A stretch of 63,285 bases of DNA, filler included, from Guillardia theta CCMP2712 (GCF_000315625.1; 3 parts of 3 records of this genome joined end to end with filler, not necessarily neighbours in it), one strand, 5' to 3'. Shown: positions 35,120 through 49,231, counted from the whole stretch's first letter. Notes: generated by a model from the letters alone, not told the origin. A program made the numbers and translations.

Positions 35120-36439
35120 GGTGATGCTTGTCTGAGCAGGGAGACGACTGGGGCTTGAGTGAAGCTTGGAAGGAGAGTCTAGGAGAGGCTCTTCGCTCCA
35201 GGCATGCAGGGGGCCAGTCGGATTCTTGGAGGTCCTTGAAGGGTAGAGAACGGGGAATAGTTGTTGCAGTGGTGGTGAAGTGAGAAGAGGGGGGAGGGGA
35301 TGAGATTGTAAGTGAGAGGGGAAGAGAGAGAGGATGGAACTTGCTTGTTCTCCTGCTGCTGTACCTCCTCCTGTTGCTGCTGCTTCTTCTGCTGCTGCTG
35401 CGTTTGCCGCTCTGCTTCACGCCATACAATCGGCCCCTACCTCCGCTCCCACCCTCAAGTATCTGTACCCCTACCTCCTCTTTGCCCTCGTAGTACCCAC
35501 CTCTTTCACCTGTTTGATGTCGAAATGTATTTGACCACCCCTCCACTCATATTGCGTCGATGCTACACACCCCTACCCCCTCTATGAAGCCTGCCATATC
35601 TTTTTCCACGGGTTATCACAATGTATTCAAATTATCAAAGTAATTTTCAATTTATGAGGTTATATTTGAAACTTTTTGTCTTCTTGTTTGAAATGATAAT
35701 TGAAATGTTTCTGTTAAATTTGAAAGTTTATGAACCTGAAACCTTCTTGCCAGCAGGACAAGTCCGCAGACAAGGGGTGGAGAGCAAACCACGTGGGTAG
35801 GGGTATAAATAATGGGGTAGTATATTGATAAAATGGTGGGTACTATAAGGTCGTCAGAGGGGGTACTCATCTGAGTGTAGGGGTTATGAGAATTTTTAGG
35901 GGGTGTAGTGAAGAAGGGAAATCCTCTGCCATGCTGGTCCGGGTCGTCGTGCTGGCGGCGATGATTGTGGCAGCAGGTAAGGAGGAGGAGGAGGAGGAGG
36001 AGGAAGAGGAGGAGGACGAGGAGGCGATAGACGAGGAGGAGATAGAAGAGGAGGGGCAGCAGCATCGCAGGTGGAGGATGTTGGGTGAGGGCGGGTGAAA
36101 TGAAGCAAGGAGAAAAGAAACATGTGAGGGAGCATGAAGGAACAAGACAGGGAGCGAGCTTGAGCTTGAATGGGAGAGAAGTTCAGATACAGGAGACACA
36201 AATAATGCGATGAAGGATAAATCGATTCAAGTCGACATCAAAGTTGAAAAGCAAGACAGCGTCGTTTCGCGACGGCAGACAGCGGGTACTCAAAAGAATT
36301 GCTGTATCCTGGAAGTGAAACCCCCATAGTTTGAGTTGGTTATGGAAAGATGACGATTGGATAACGGGATTGGAATATTATCGGGTAGAGTTGGAGGGAA
36401 AGTCTTGGAATTAGCAGGATAGCGAAGACAGGTAGCTTA

Positions 36440-37345
36440 CCTTGCTGTCTTACTCCTTGTTGTCCTCAAGCCGCTCAAGGAGGCGGAAGCAAACCGTCGC
36501 CCGCCAGCTGCTGCTCCAACATTGACGGCAAACCACTGCGGCAGCTCAACCTGGCAGAGACTCTCGAGTGGCTGCAGTGCAATCAGATCGCTTCCGACTC
36601 GATCGACATCATCAAACGGGAGAAAGTCGTCGGGTACGAGCTCTCGGTACGAGTGGCGAGGGGGATGACAAACTCTGAAAACACTCGCAGCTGATGTCAC
36701 AGGACGAGATGATGGAGCTGCTCGGCATGACCAAGGTCTCTCAACCTTGACAAGCTCTTCCTCGCTGACCGTCTCGCTCGTTCATGGTCAGATCCATGCG
36801 TGGAGGGTTAGCCGGTGCAAGGACGTGACCGATGGAACGCGTCGCTGGAGTTCGCAAGGACAACAAGCTCAGGCTTCTCCTCAAGCCTCTGCTCCTTCTC
36901 CTTCTCCATCTCCTCCCCCTCCTCCTCCCCCTCCTCCTCCTCCTGCCCCTGCTTCCGCTCCTCCCCCCAGCAGCTCTCAGGGACGACAGCAGCAGACGAG
37001 AAGGGGTAGCTCATGCAGGTGCGGAGGAAGAGGGAGAAGGAGGGAGAAGTGCAAGGAAGGGTCTCAAGCAACTTGAGCAGGTTCGGGGAAGATCTCACCG
37101 GCAAGCGCTGCTTCGGGCTAACTCGAGCTCCTGACCCCGCCTGGACCCCAGCAAGTTGCAAGGATCAGGTGGAGGAGAAGTTTGCGCTTGCTCTCTCTGA
37201 CTGGTCTGTCGGTAGTGCTGCAGGAGAAGCGATGAGTGCGGGTTGTGGCTCTACAGCTACGCTGAGGGATGCTGGTTTGGAAAGCCAGGGCAAGACTACA
37301 ACTGCCGGTGCTGCTCTCGCTGCCGTATCCTTGGATGATGTCTGA
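36440..37345 (+). CDS. Probable small spliced hypothetical gene
   Basis: Coding-like segments separated by GT..AG pieces, ending ...AAVSLDDV*. No recognisable family. Confidence 0.3.
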
Positions 37346-37743
37346 CCGCACATGTCTGAACGCGCAGGGACGAAGCGGGATGGTTCGGAGGGAAGGGGAT
37401 AGTCTGATGGTCACCACGCCCTCTGCCTCGCACGCTAACAGGGACGACAAGCTGTCTGTCTCCTCAGCCCCAGCTCGTCCTGCCCTCGAGCTTCTCTCGT
37501 AGGTTTGTACATACACAGTCATGCGGTCGCAACGACGTCGAGCCTCTTTCCGCGAGACTTGAGGACGAGGATGCATCCTGACGAGAAGATGCCGGGGGGA
37601 GAGGTGGGAGAGGTGCTGGGGAGAGCCTGGGGAAGAGGAGAAGGGCGGGTGGAGGACTAGTAGATCTCTAAACGCCCCCCCCCACACACACAAGACCCGC
37701 GTAGACCTGGACTGACCTAGCAGCTCTTCTAAACTCTCCTAGT

Positions 37744-37880
37744 TTCACTCAAGCCCCAGTCGTCTCCCTGCTCAGACAAGCATCACCATGTCCGCCCCCC
37801 TTTCCCGCAGCCTCCAGTCCTTCGCCTTCAAGCCGATCGCGCAGCTCACGAGGCTCATCGCCCTCCTCCTCCTCCTCCTC
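37744..37880 (+). repeat. Inverted duplicate of the RPS18 5' UTR and signal-peptide segment (35028-35163)
   Basis: ORFs 34757-35119(-) and 37788-38198(+) share the identical start MSAPLSRSLQSFAFKPIAQLTRLIALLLLLL, and the upstream ~40 nt also match. Confidence 0.92.
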
Positions 37881-38134
37881 CTCCTCCTCCCCGCCTCTGC
37901 CTCTTTCTGTTCTCCCTGCTCTCTCGTGCTCGCTCTGTTCTTTGCTACTCAAGGTCGATCGCAAAGTCCGCCGGCTTGTGTGAACTTGAGGCGTCCAATC
38001 AGTCTAGCTGGAGGAGGAGGGCAAGGGGGTGACAAGGAGAGGGAGGGGGGCAAGGGGGTGACGAGGAGGAGGAGGAGGAGGAGGAGGAGGAGGAGGAGGA
38101 GCAGTGAGAGCAAGGAAGAAGGTTTAATCGCCCG

Positions 38135-41100
38135 TCACTCGTTGTCGCTCTCGTCCGACAAGGCGACTCGACGAAGTCTCTTCCGTCCTGCGAGCTGATC
38201 CGAGCGGAACTTGTCGACGAGCGAAAGGGGGAGGGCGACTATGTCTCTTGCCTCTTCCTCCTCCCCTTCCTCCTGGTCATCCTTCTTCTCCTCACCCTCA
38301 AGCTCCATCTCATCTACTTCCTTCTCCATCTCCTTGCCCTGCTTCTCCTCCCCCTCCTCCTCCTCCTCCTCCTCCTCCGACAGGTTCTTAAAGTTGTATC
38401 GCCTGCCGTTCTCCTCCTCGTTCTCTGACTCTGACGTCGCTTCTCGCACGCGTCGCTTCGGCCGGGTCGCCATCGATGACGTGGCGTCTTCTTGCGTCCT
38501 CGCGGGAGGGTCAGGGGTCGCCTCTACTTCAGCTCGCCGCGTCTCCTCCACGGGAATCTCCTGCACCCCCCGCAGCTCCTCCAGCATCTTCTCTGCGCGC
38601 TCCTCGTCCTCCAGCAGGCTCGCGGGGAACCGCCAGAACGCGTGACCCTCCGTTGGCCGAGGGCCGAGCAGGCGCATGGAGCAGAGGAGCTTCGAGACGA
38701 GCGGGTCAATCGCGTGCTCCCACTCCGCGCTCTTCGTCGGGACCAGCGAGAAGTCTTGGACGCGCAGGAAGCTCGCGCGCTCTTCGCTCCTCCCCGCCGC
38801 TAGCCGCATCTCCTCGCTCGCTCTACACGCCAGCGCCAAGTTGTCGACGATCCAGTCAAGAGCCGCCGGCCGCGCGTTCCTGAGCCTGCGAGCACAAGTG
38901 TAGAGGTCCTGGCGAGAGGAGAAGAGGTCTTCTTCCTCCTCCTCCTCCTCTCCTTCCGACCAGTCGTCATGCCCGACGCGCACGAGCCCGAGCTTGTTCA
39001 TCCTCAGCGCGATCTGCTTGACCGACTTGCCCTCAAGGAGCATCGAGATCAGCTGCAGCGCGTTGGCCTTGGACCCGAACTGCTGATGAGCCTCCCGCAG
39101 TGCCAGGTCGTCGTCCTCCGTCCACTTCCCTGCGCTCCTGCCGATCTGCTGCAGGATCGCCTCCTCTCCCTTGCCCGGCTTCCTGCTCCTCTCCTCCACC
39201 ACGGGCTTGTAGGCGTTGGCGATCAGCTCGGCGTCTCTGGCCGATCGCGTCCAGGCGAGGAGCTCGAGGAAGAGACAAGGGCTGACGAGCGAGAGCTTGA
39301 AGAACTCCCGCACGATCCACCGCACGAAGTTGACCATCTCCTTGTACTTGTCCTTGCCGTCCAGCGAGGAGTCGCTCAGGATCCTGTCGAAGATGCGGAA
39401 GGCGGAGAGCTGGAAGAGCATGGGGAGGAACTCGCACTTGCGGGCGATCACGTCGAGCATCTTCACGACCTGATGGTTCGTCTGGTCCGAGTTGACCCTG
39501 TAGTGAGACAGCAGGTGGACGTACGTCGACACGACCTGAGGGTGAGCAAACCGCTTGAGGTAGCTGTTGAAGTTGAACATGACCTCGTGGTACTCCTCGT
39601 CCAAGATCTCTTCCTCGCTCTCCCCGCCCAGCCACTCGCCCTCGCCCTCAGCCTTCTCGACTCCCCGTCGGTTCCTCCTCCTCCTCCGCTTCTTCAGCCG
39701 TTGGAGGTTCTGGTTGTCCTCAGAGAAGCTCTTGATGAGGCGCAGGAGCGTGTGGGTCAGGTCGACGACGTCGGCAAGGTGGCTGCGGGTGTTGCGGAAG
39801 GGGCGAAAGTCCTTGATGATGCACAGGAGAGTGTCGCCGAGGTCCCACTCGTAGACCAGGTTCCTCAGCAGCTGACTCGCCACATCCTTGTTGTGCCTCG
39901 AGTACGAGAAGTAGAGTGACTGAACGGTCAGCACAAGCTCTCGCAGCATCGAGATGAAGGGAGGGACCTTGTGGTGCTGGGCTCCCCCGCTGCCTCTCTC
40001 CGGCTTCATCAGCACATTGATCTTCTCCAGCACCCACCGGAGGTTCGAGAGGTCGACGAGCGACGAGACGAAAGCAGCGTTGTAGTCGTAGGGATCAACT
40101 TCCTCCTCCTCCTCCTCCTTGCCCCCCTCCTCCTTCTCGTCCTGCTCCGCCTCTTGATGCTTGTCCGTCATGACCTCTTTCATCGTCGCTTCCTCGCCAT
40201 GTGGCTGCGATGCTTCTGCTCCTCTCGCTTCACCATGCTCTGCCTCCGAGGCGGGCTCTTTCATCGCCTCCTCCCCTTGAGCCTCGTCAAAGTTGAGTTG
40301 TCTCTCCACGCGACCCTCCTCGTCTGCTCGCGACAGGCTCGAGGCCGTCGCGTCCTCCCCTGCCTTGCTCTTGCTCTCCTCCCTCGCCTTCTCTCCATGC
40401 TCATGCGTCTCCTCCCTCGCCTCCTCTCCATGCTCATGCGTCTCCTCCCTCGCCTTCTCTCCATGCTCATGCGCAGCCACGCACTGGCTCACGTAGCTCT
40501 CGACATGATTCGCTTCCGAGCTGCTCGTCGCGTTGGCGACTGAAAGCACGAGCTCCTCCGTGAGCCCTGCCTGCGAAGCCTCTTGGCTTTCTTTCTCTTT
40601 GCTGGGCTTCGGGCGGGGAGGGAGGCTGGCGATGCGACGCTTCTCCTTCAAGCGGAAGTAGTGGAGGAACCAGGCGCTGACCGTCGCGAAGTTCAAGTCG
40701 TCCGACGCCACCAGCGCCGCGCTCTCCATGGCGTAGTCGTAGGTCACAGTGCCGAGGAGCGAGTTGAAGCCGACCTGCGGGAGTTCACAAGGGAGGAGTA
40801 GAAGTGATGTCATCACCTCGAGGAAGGTGGAGGCGTACGAGTCCAACGTCTTGAGCACGTCGCTCCTGTCTTTCTGCCTGTTCACTCGCACCTCCATGAG
40901 CGGCTTCCGTCGCGGACCAGCTCGCATGCTGCTGGGGAAGTCAGAGGCGGGAGGGGGGAAGGGGGAGACCCTCACGTCTTGCGAGGGCCTTCGGATCGAA
41001 CGGCGTCGATCTTGTGGCTGACAAACTTGACTTCCTCGTTGGTCTTCACTTGAAACAGACCTAGCCCTCATTACACGCCTCGAATCTCTTACACGCCTCT

Positions 41101-42624
41101 TCAACCTGCGAATCGTTGGTGCCGACTGAAGCAAGTCGACTTCCGCATGGTGTTGGTCTCAGCCTTTGGGATGCTCTTGAGAAGCAGCTCTCTCCTCATG
41201 CTGTTCAGCCAATCCCCACTCGAGATCTCCGTGCTCGCAAGCACCTCGGTAGGATCTTCCTTCACCTGCCAGGATTCAGTCCCGATGTATGGCGCGAGTC
41301 GGTCGCGTTACAAAGATGAGTGCAAAGATGTCCAGCAGCAGCAGATTCCAGTTGCGATTCTCCTCTTCCTCGATTTGTTGAGCCAGTAGGATCAGCATCT
41401 CCAGCACGTTCTCTTCCGCTGCCGTGCCGTCAGCGTCTGCTGCCCCTTCCTCTCCTCTCCTCACCCATCTTCAAGATCAGTGTGTCTTGCGCCATCGCCA
41501 GCTTCGCGACCAAGGCTGTGGGAAGCTCCACCATGGACCCAGCAGGAGGCTGCATTTGCAGCAGGTTTCTACAAAGAGTTGGTTCGATACTGAAGATGAG
41601 GAGGTAGAGGGAAGGAGGGGGGTACTGGGTGGTGGGAGGAAGGGAAAGGGGGTAAGGGATGGGAAGGGAAGGAGAGGAGAAAAGGAAGGGGTAGGGGATG
41701 GAAAGGGGGTAGGAAGAAGTGAAGGGAGGGAGGTGCAGAGAGGGGGTGGGTGGGTGAGGAGCACCTTATGAGGTTGAGGACCAAGTCGAGGACGAGCATC
41801 TCGGGCTCTGTGCGGTCGCTGCCCTCGTGCAGGAGGGGATCCATGAGCCACTTCATGATGATCTGCGAGGACCATCAGCCGGTGATGAGGAAGGAGGGGA
41901 TGAGGAGGGGCGAGGATGAGGAGGAGAGGCAGGAGGGGCAGCGCGCAGGAGGGGAGGGGGGAGAAGAGGCAGGGGAGGGTCGCGGGCACCGTCAGGACGT
42001 CTTGACTGTTAGCGAACTGCTCCTTGAAGATGGCAAGAGCCTCGAAGGCGGGGACGAGAGCGGCCCCGTAGACCTTGAAGGGTTCAGCTAGCGGCGGCTC
42101 CTGACAGACTCACCTTGTGCTTCTGAGCCCGGACATCCTTCTCATCGTCGAGGTGCACGATGGGGAGGGGAGGCAGGGAGGTCATGAGGTACGTCACAAC
42201 CATGCACTCGTACAAGATCTACCCAGCCCGTCAGCATCCCCGCACCTCCTGCACCTCCTGCAGCTCGGTCGCACCTCAGGGTCATCGCCTGCGTAACTAG
42301 CGATGAGCGGGAGGACATGGTTCTGAAGAATATTCCAGTCGGCGAGCGCTCTGTGGAGCTCCCATGGCACGCGAGGGGCGACTCTTCTCCCGAGACTGTC
42401 GACGCTGTTGGGTTGGTCTATGTCCCCCACAGAATCATCGCGATGTAAGAACTGCTGCAGGTCCTTGAGAGTCTCCACGCACTCCTCCCCTTTGATGTAT
42501 TCGTTCTGGTCCACTCGCCGGCCGAGCAGGGCACATGCCGCTGGTCCCAACACTCAGAGGCTCGGAGGACAGAGCATGGCATACCGAGAAGCTCGTCTTT
42601 CAGGTTGTAGTCGTCGTCCTCCAT
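38135..42624 (-). CDS. TIMELESS: TIMELESS/Tof1/Swi1 replication-fork protection protein (many introns)
   Basis: YIKGEECVETLKDLQQFLHRDD, WNILQNHVLPLI, WNLLLLDIF, FNSYLKRFAHPQVV..YVHLL..Y..NS, MLFQLSAFRIF, and a Myb-like KWTEDDD segment. Confidence 0.85.
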
Positions 42625-43154
42625 CTCGATCAAGCGCGACGAAGATGTCTCATGCTCCACTCTGAAGTGCAAGAAACATTCAATCCTAAAGTACCATCAA
42701 CTCGACCGAGACTTGACAACTTCATCCGTCCTGCTACGTGCAGACCTGACAAACCCTTATGCATCTCTTACGTGACCCCATCCTTCCATTTCGTCCTCGT
42801 CCCTTCCTCGTCCCATTCTCCTCTTATCATCTCTCTTCTACTCATCTCTTCTCCACTCCTCTCTTCCTTCTCCCCTCCCCTCCCCTCCCCTCTCCCTCCC
42901 CTCTCCTCCCGGTGTGGGCATGGACGACGGGCAGGTGGCGGGAAAATCATCCCCCTCATACCCAATTCTCCTTTTTCAGTCAATCAAACGGAAATAATAA
43001 GGAAAAACTCATTTAAAAATAATAAACAGACCTTGTTGTTTTAAATTTATTGACTAAAGTTTGAGTACAAAGTTTGGTACCAGGAACACATTTCAGGACA
43101 GTACAAATCATGATGAGTGTTTTCCAAACCTGGTACAAATGTGTACTGGATTAT

Positions 43155-43690
43155 TGTTTATAATCGAGTTGTATGTGAATGACTCGCGGCTATGTGCAAC
43201 ATTACACTGACTTGGTTGCCAGTCATCTTAGAGTCTAGTGCATGTCCATCGCTGTTATGCTCTCCATGTCAACGACTGAATGAGGTGAAGAATGAGTCTG
43301 TTGGGTCGTTGACGCCAACGTCTGAATTGTCAGAGCTCATAGGAACCGAGCCCGAGTCAGACAAAACCCGTGGGGGACTTACAAGGTAAACAGAAGGGGT
43401 GCGTCTTGTGGAGTACGACCCGTTGGAAGCAGCTTGCTGCCATGCAAGGACGGGGTTCTCTTCCCTGCGAGAGAGTGGCATGGTATCCTCTCGAAGGTCA
43501 GAGGGGATGCTTGTCAACTTCCCGAGAGTTCTCTAGCCAAGAGACGGTACTCCTGGCTCCTTCCTCGATGCTATAAAGGGATGAAACTCGTCAGAGCTAG
43601 GTGGTCCTCTTCCCCTTTCGTGTGTGTGCCACGATTGTGTGTCTGTGTGTGAGAAAGAAATAAAAGAGAGTTAGATCTCCTTCTGTTTCA
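43155..43690 (+). mobile_element. Possible LTR (TG...CA, TATAAA, AATAAA)
   Basis: Non-coding with promoter and polyA-like motifs, immediately upstream of a gypsy RT relic. No TSD or partner LTR seen. Confidence 0.3.
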
Positions 43691-43744
43691 CCGCTTTCCC
43701 TCTTGGTAGAGAAATCCAACGTGAGTTCTTCTTGAACTGCGCTT

Positions 43745-44070
43745 GAAGGTCCATCTTAGTCTACGTCGATGATGTCTTGCTCTATTCGCTGGGTACTCCT
43801 CAGGCTTTCACACCTCCAGCAGGTACGTCTCCTCCTGGAGCGCCTCCGCCACCACCAGGTCTTCGTTAAACGGAGCAAGTGTATGTTTCTTCAGACCGTC
43901 TCAGATCAGCGCATGGGATTGCACCCGAAGCTAACAAAGTTGCTGCCATCGAAGACTTTCCGTCTCCTGCATCTGTGAAACAACTTCGCCAATTTCTGGG
44001 TCTGGCAAACTTTCATCGGCGTTTCATCAAGAATTTTGCCGACTATGCTGCACCTCTCCCCGATCTTCTC
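43745..44070 (+). pseudogene. Ty3/gypsy reverse-transcriptase fragment (frameshifted)
   Basis: LVYVDDVLLYS, HLQQVRLLLERL..KRSKC, KVAAIEDFPSPASVKQLRQFLGLANFHRRFIKNFADYAAPL. Confidence 0.88.
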
Positions 44071-45307
44071 ATGATTCTCTCTTCGTCATGTTTGACTCGT
44101 TTTCGCAGCATGTCACTGAGTCACGCTGGCTCCCACGGATACACCCAACCACCCCTCCTTTTTACCAAATCTCATACACACCGGTCATTAGTGTCAGTGT
44201 TAACTTAGTGTCAGTGTTAACTTAGTGTCAGAGTTAACTTAGTGTCAGTGTTTTAACTTCGAAACCACCGGTATTCCAGGCCACAGTCCAGCCTAAGACC
44301 CACCCCCAAGACATGTCAGTGACCTCTTCATATTCGTCTATTACCCCTACACTCTTACCGGTGTCACTACACCCAACCACCCCTCCTTTTTAGCAAATCT
44401 CATACACACCGGTCAGTAGTGTCAGGGTTAACTTCGAACCACCGGTATTCCGGGTTTACCACCCCCTAGACATTTCAGTGACCTCTTCATATTCGTCTCC
44501 GCATCCACCTATCCCCACCCACATTCCCCACCGCTCGTCGGCGATGCCGTGGCAATGTCCTGACTGCAAGGCAAGACAGCAGCGATGAGATGCTATTACC
44601 TTCACTCTCATACTTGATTGAGATGCTTTCTTTACTCCCGTACATCTTTTCCTTTTGATCATTCACTTGCTTTGTGTTCGCGGCTCCTGCTCTTGCTTTT
44701 TCCACCTGACTCGAAATGCTGCAGATCATCAATGTCGATCCTGGTACCTATGACAGCACAAAATGCGTAAGTTGAATAGCTCCTTGTTGCCGTCATTTGA
44801 CTTTGTGTCTCTTACGTGTTACCATGGATTGTCCTTTCTTCTTGGGAAGGGGGTGAGCAATTGTCTGTTTGAAGCATGTGCTGTCAGGAGATGATTTGCT
44901 GACATGATTTGCTTCAATTTGGTCTCTTGTGGCTGGGATGGACTTGATTTGGGTCTGGATAGGCGGTAAACATCTTGATTGAAATGATGCGGTCAGGGAA
45001 CGATAGGGCTGACATGTAATTTTCAATGGTTGACATGTAATCTTGGGATTCTTTTGTTTTCGCTGGGATGGACTGGTGTGGATTGGGCTGGATAGACCGT
45101 AAGTATTATCTCGATTGAAACATGCGGTCGGTGGGGAGTGACATTCATTTTGAATTTTCTGGTATGTCTTGATCAACGAATGGCAACATCTGGTATGGAT
45201 CCACTAGTGCTGCGTAAGAGATTGACACCATCACATATCTTCCTGCTGATCTGACCTTGTTTTGATTTCAATATGCATTGGGACACTCACAGAATGTGAG
45301 TGATCGA

Positions 45308-45958
45308 TCATGTTTGAAAGCACATGGTTCGTAGAGGTTTTGTTGGTATTGATTGGTTGACTCATGTTTCAAAGCACATGGTTCGTAGAGGTTTTGTTTG
45401 TATTGATTGGTTGACTCATGTTTGAAAGCACATGGTTCGTAGAGGTTTTGTTTGTATTGATTGGTTGACTCATGTTTGAAAGCACATGGTTCGTAGAGGT
45501 TTTGTTGGTATTGATTGGTTGACTCATGTTTGAAAGCACATGGTTCGTAGAGGTTTTGTTTGTATTGATTGGTTGACTCATGTTTGAAAGCACATGGTTC
45601 GTAGAGGTTTTGTTGGTATTGATTGGTTGACTCATGTTTGAAAGCACATGGTTCGTAGAGGTTTTGTTTGTATTGATTGGTTGACTCATGTTTGAAAGCA
45701 CATGGTTCGTAGAGGTTTTGTTGGTATTGATTGGTTGACTCATGTTTGAAAGCACATGGTTCGTAGAGGTTTTGTTGGTATTGATTGGTTGACTCATGTT
45801 TGAAAGCACATGGTTCGTAGAGGTTTTGTTTGTATTGATTGGTTGACTCATGTTTGAAAGCACATGGTTCGTAGAGGTTTTGTTTGTATTGATTGGTTGA
45901 CTCATGTTTGAAAGCACATGGTTCGTAGAGGTTTTGTTTGTATTGATTGGTTGACTCA
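45308..45958. repeat. 54-bp tandem repeat, ~12 copies
   Basis: The 18-codon unit HESTNQYKQNLYEPCAFK repeats in the ORF track. Confidence 0.95.
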
Positions 45959-46395
45959 GTGCGCCAAATCTCGTGGATGGACCGAGTATGACGAGGTGTA
46001 TGATGAGGTGTATGAGCAGGTGTATGATTGGTTTGAGTGATGCGCGTGAGTCTCCTGTGACGTGTGCTGGTGGTAGAAAGGGTGCATGCATTGCAGGGTG
46101 AGGGGTGGCTGGACATGGCCAGTACCACCTGAAGATACCTTCCTCAGAAGATGAAGATTCCTTACAGGTAGAACTTGATACTGGCAATGAGCACGAGAAG
46201 TGATGGTCTTCGAATGCAAGTGATGACACAGGTGGTGACACCATAATTGAACTGATTTTCAAGTGGCCATTGATCACCTGAAGCAATTCAAGATGCTATG
46301 AAAACTAGCAGCCACCTCCAGGATCCTGGTGTCACCTGGTTTTGTTGGTTATTCTAGCCATATCTTATAAAATCGTTGGTTATTCTAGCCATATC

Positions 46396-47243
46396 TTATA
46401 AAATCGTCACGAAGTCAACAAGGCAGTGAATATAGAAGGTCTTCATGCAGTTCAGCGAATCCCCATACATCATCACGTAATCCACCCTGTGCACCCTCAT
46501 GAAGGGGGCGAGCTTGAGCATCACGCTGAACCGATCGTGCTTCTTCGCGGAATCCTCGATGTAGGTGTAGACAAAATTCATCAGGAAGTACATCGCATGA
46601 TTCACAGCACATCGAATGAGCTGCAAAAGCCTCACAGCAACGTCGTCCGGCTTGCACTGGAGGGCGGCAGCAAGCATCCCAACCCTCACACGGCGGGCGA
46701 TGGCACTCACACGCATGACGGCATCTTCCTTAACGATGTAGGAATCGTTAAAGTTACCCGCCTCACACATGAGCATGAACCCAGACAAGGTCTTCCACAT
46801 GGCGAGCACGACGATGTCATAGGCCGTGACGGTATCCCCGCTACCCGAGGAGAAGCTCGCAAGGGCATAGCCGAGCTGATTCGATCGAATCCTCATTATG
46901 CACATCCTGAGCAGTCCAAGCGGCTTCATTACACAAGAAAATCGAAAGAAAATTGGTCAGCCTGACATCGCTCATTGGCGTTGCATAGACGGTCTCGAGC
47001 TTGTCAACGAAGAAGCGGGACCTCACAAGGAAGGTTGTCAGCTTGCTAACAACTCTGAGACTCTCTCCTTGCACGTCATTCCCCATAGAGTAGCCAGTCG
47101 ACTTCAGCATCACGCTCCCAAGCATGAACATGATCTTCTCTGCTGAGGCCTCACCCAACCTCCCTGACTGGAAGACCCTCTCCCCCTCACCATTCACAGC
47201 GCTCCCGTAGAAACAGAGTGCCACAGAGAGGTATTTCTCCATC
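46396..47243 (-). pseudogene. Frameshifted intronless hypothetical gene (virus-like block)
   Basis: ORFs 46841-47524 and 46396-46929 overlap and read as one protein broken near 46930. Confidence 0.4.
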
Positions 47244-47329
47244 CTATCCCCGTGAAATCTCGAAAACCTCGCCAGAGCTGTCGCCTCGATGTCTGGGAGC
47301 TTGATCTGACGCACGCCGTTGTCGAGGAA

Positions 47330-49000
47330 GAAGCAAGGAAGATGGGAGGGAGAACGGAAGAAACCACCCTTGTTGTTGCTGCAGAGGAAGAAGTGCATCA
47401 CCGACCTCCCCCCCTCCACACACATGCCGGCGATATCGGTCCTGGTGTAGATGCAGTACTCATGGCCCGTGACGTTCATATGCATACGGGCCAGTGTCAG
47501 TGACAGACTCATCTCACTGATCACGGGTCACACGCTCCCGAACCACGACGTGTGCATACTCTGCGGGATCCTCCTCCACTCCCACCAAGATCGGAGGAGC
47601 AAGACGGTGAGGACCTTCAGAGCGATGCTCAACAATACACAACATCTGCCAGCACGCCAAGAACGAGAACGAGCGGCTCACGGCCTGCATGGCCTGCATC
47701 AACTGGATCCGCAGGTCCGTCCCCACCAACGAGTGCGCCAACAGGGCCGTCGAGAACAGGACGTTCCTGCTCATCGATCGCCTGATATTCTTCTCGATGG
47801 CACCCGGGGAGATCACGAGCCCCGACCTAAGGAACATGCGGAGGCTGATCCGCTGCCTGAACCAATCGGAGACGGTCGAAGGAGACCTTCACGAACTACT
47901 ACAGGGCGATCCTCCTCCCGCACCTGAAGCAGGCTATCGCAGAGTGCAAACACGACAATTTCGACGACATCTACAGGTTCATCCATGTGATCATAAGGAG
48001 GTGGTGGCATGACATTGCGAACGAGACACCCTTCTTCAGAAACCCGGACACCGCATATCTTGTCCGCAAGGCCATATCCGACAATCACCGCGAGAGTATT
48101 AAGACGGTCGTGAGCTTCATAGACACAGATGACACCGTTGAGCAAGATGGATCAGACTCAGGAGGAGACGAAGAGATCGATTACATTTCAGCTATACTCG
48201 AGGGAGCAGATGGAGGAATCGCTGCAGGAGGTGGAGAGCGCGATCCGGCAGGAGAGCATGTCCGAGAGGCTCACCTCCGACTGTTCGGCATGGTCCAAGC
48301 TCTCCACGAAGACGAAGCGTTCCGCGACATCTGCGATCCCCGCCTGGACCTCTCCAATCCCTTCCGCTCGGAGATTGCGGATATGCGCTGCTCGCTGTCG
48401 TGCCTCGAGGGCATGAAGCCCACCGAATCCAGATGGGTGATGTACATGATGACCCATGTGGAGGAGCAGAGGGATGCCTCCACGGTGGAGATCAAGGACG
48501 CCTACCTGAGGACCATAGGGAAGCACCGTGGCACCCTCAGGATGTACGAGGCGATCGTGGACATGGCGCTGAAGACGAAGGAGCTCTCGGCCGTGCGCTC
48601 CACCGTCAACCTCATCATGCACCGCGTGAATGAGCAGGCGTCGAGCTCGGAGGCCCCGATCCAGAGCAAGCTGGTGGCTGCCAGCAAGGCCCTGCACAAT
48701 GACGCGGAGGCGCAGAGGCTCTTATGCGAGCAGCTCGTGCAGATGGCGAGTGTGAAGGGCATAGACTTGCTATGTATGTGGGAGAGCGCGATATGTGTTC
48801 TTCAGGGGATGCTGCATGACATCAACCGCGTCTTTAGGCTAAAGAACCTAAACACAAACACAAACACAAACCTGAACCTCACGTGGATCCTCATGATGAA
48901 TGCCGTGTCTTATAGCATGCCCACGGAGCCGGCATGGGCGACCACGATCATGATATGCTTCGAGCAGATTCTGGCCGCCGTCTTCATCCTGATCAGCATG
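47330..49000 (+). pseudogene. Decayed intronless ORFs including a CxxC...CxxC protein (virus-like block)
   Basis: VCILCG (frame 47451), ACMACINWIRR (frame 47689) and RRWW..NETPFF (frame 47987) are consecutive across frameshifts. They are followed by a ~300-codon helical ORF that ends at a satellite. Confidence 0.4.
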
Positions 49001-49005
49001 GAGTT

Positions 49006-49231
49006 CCTCCACCCCCTCTCCCTGTCAGTTCCTCCATCCCCTCTCCCTGTCAGTTCCTCCACCCCCTCTCCCTGTCAGTTCCTCCATCCCCTCTCCCTGT
49101 CAGTTCCTCCACCCCCTCTCCCTGTCAGTTCCTCCACCCCCTCTCCCTGTCAGTTCCTCCATCCCCTCTCCCTGTCAGTTCCTCCACCCCCTCTCCCTGT
49201 CAGTTCCTCCATCCCCTCTCCCTGTCAGTTC
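49006..49231. repeat. 25-bp tandem repeat (CCTCCAYCCCCTCTCCCTGTCAGTT), ~9 copies
   Basis: Read directly. Confidence 0.93.
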
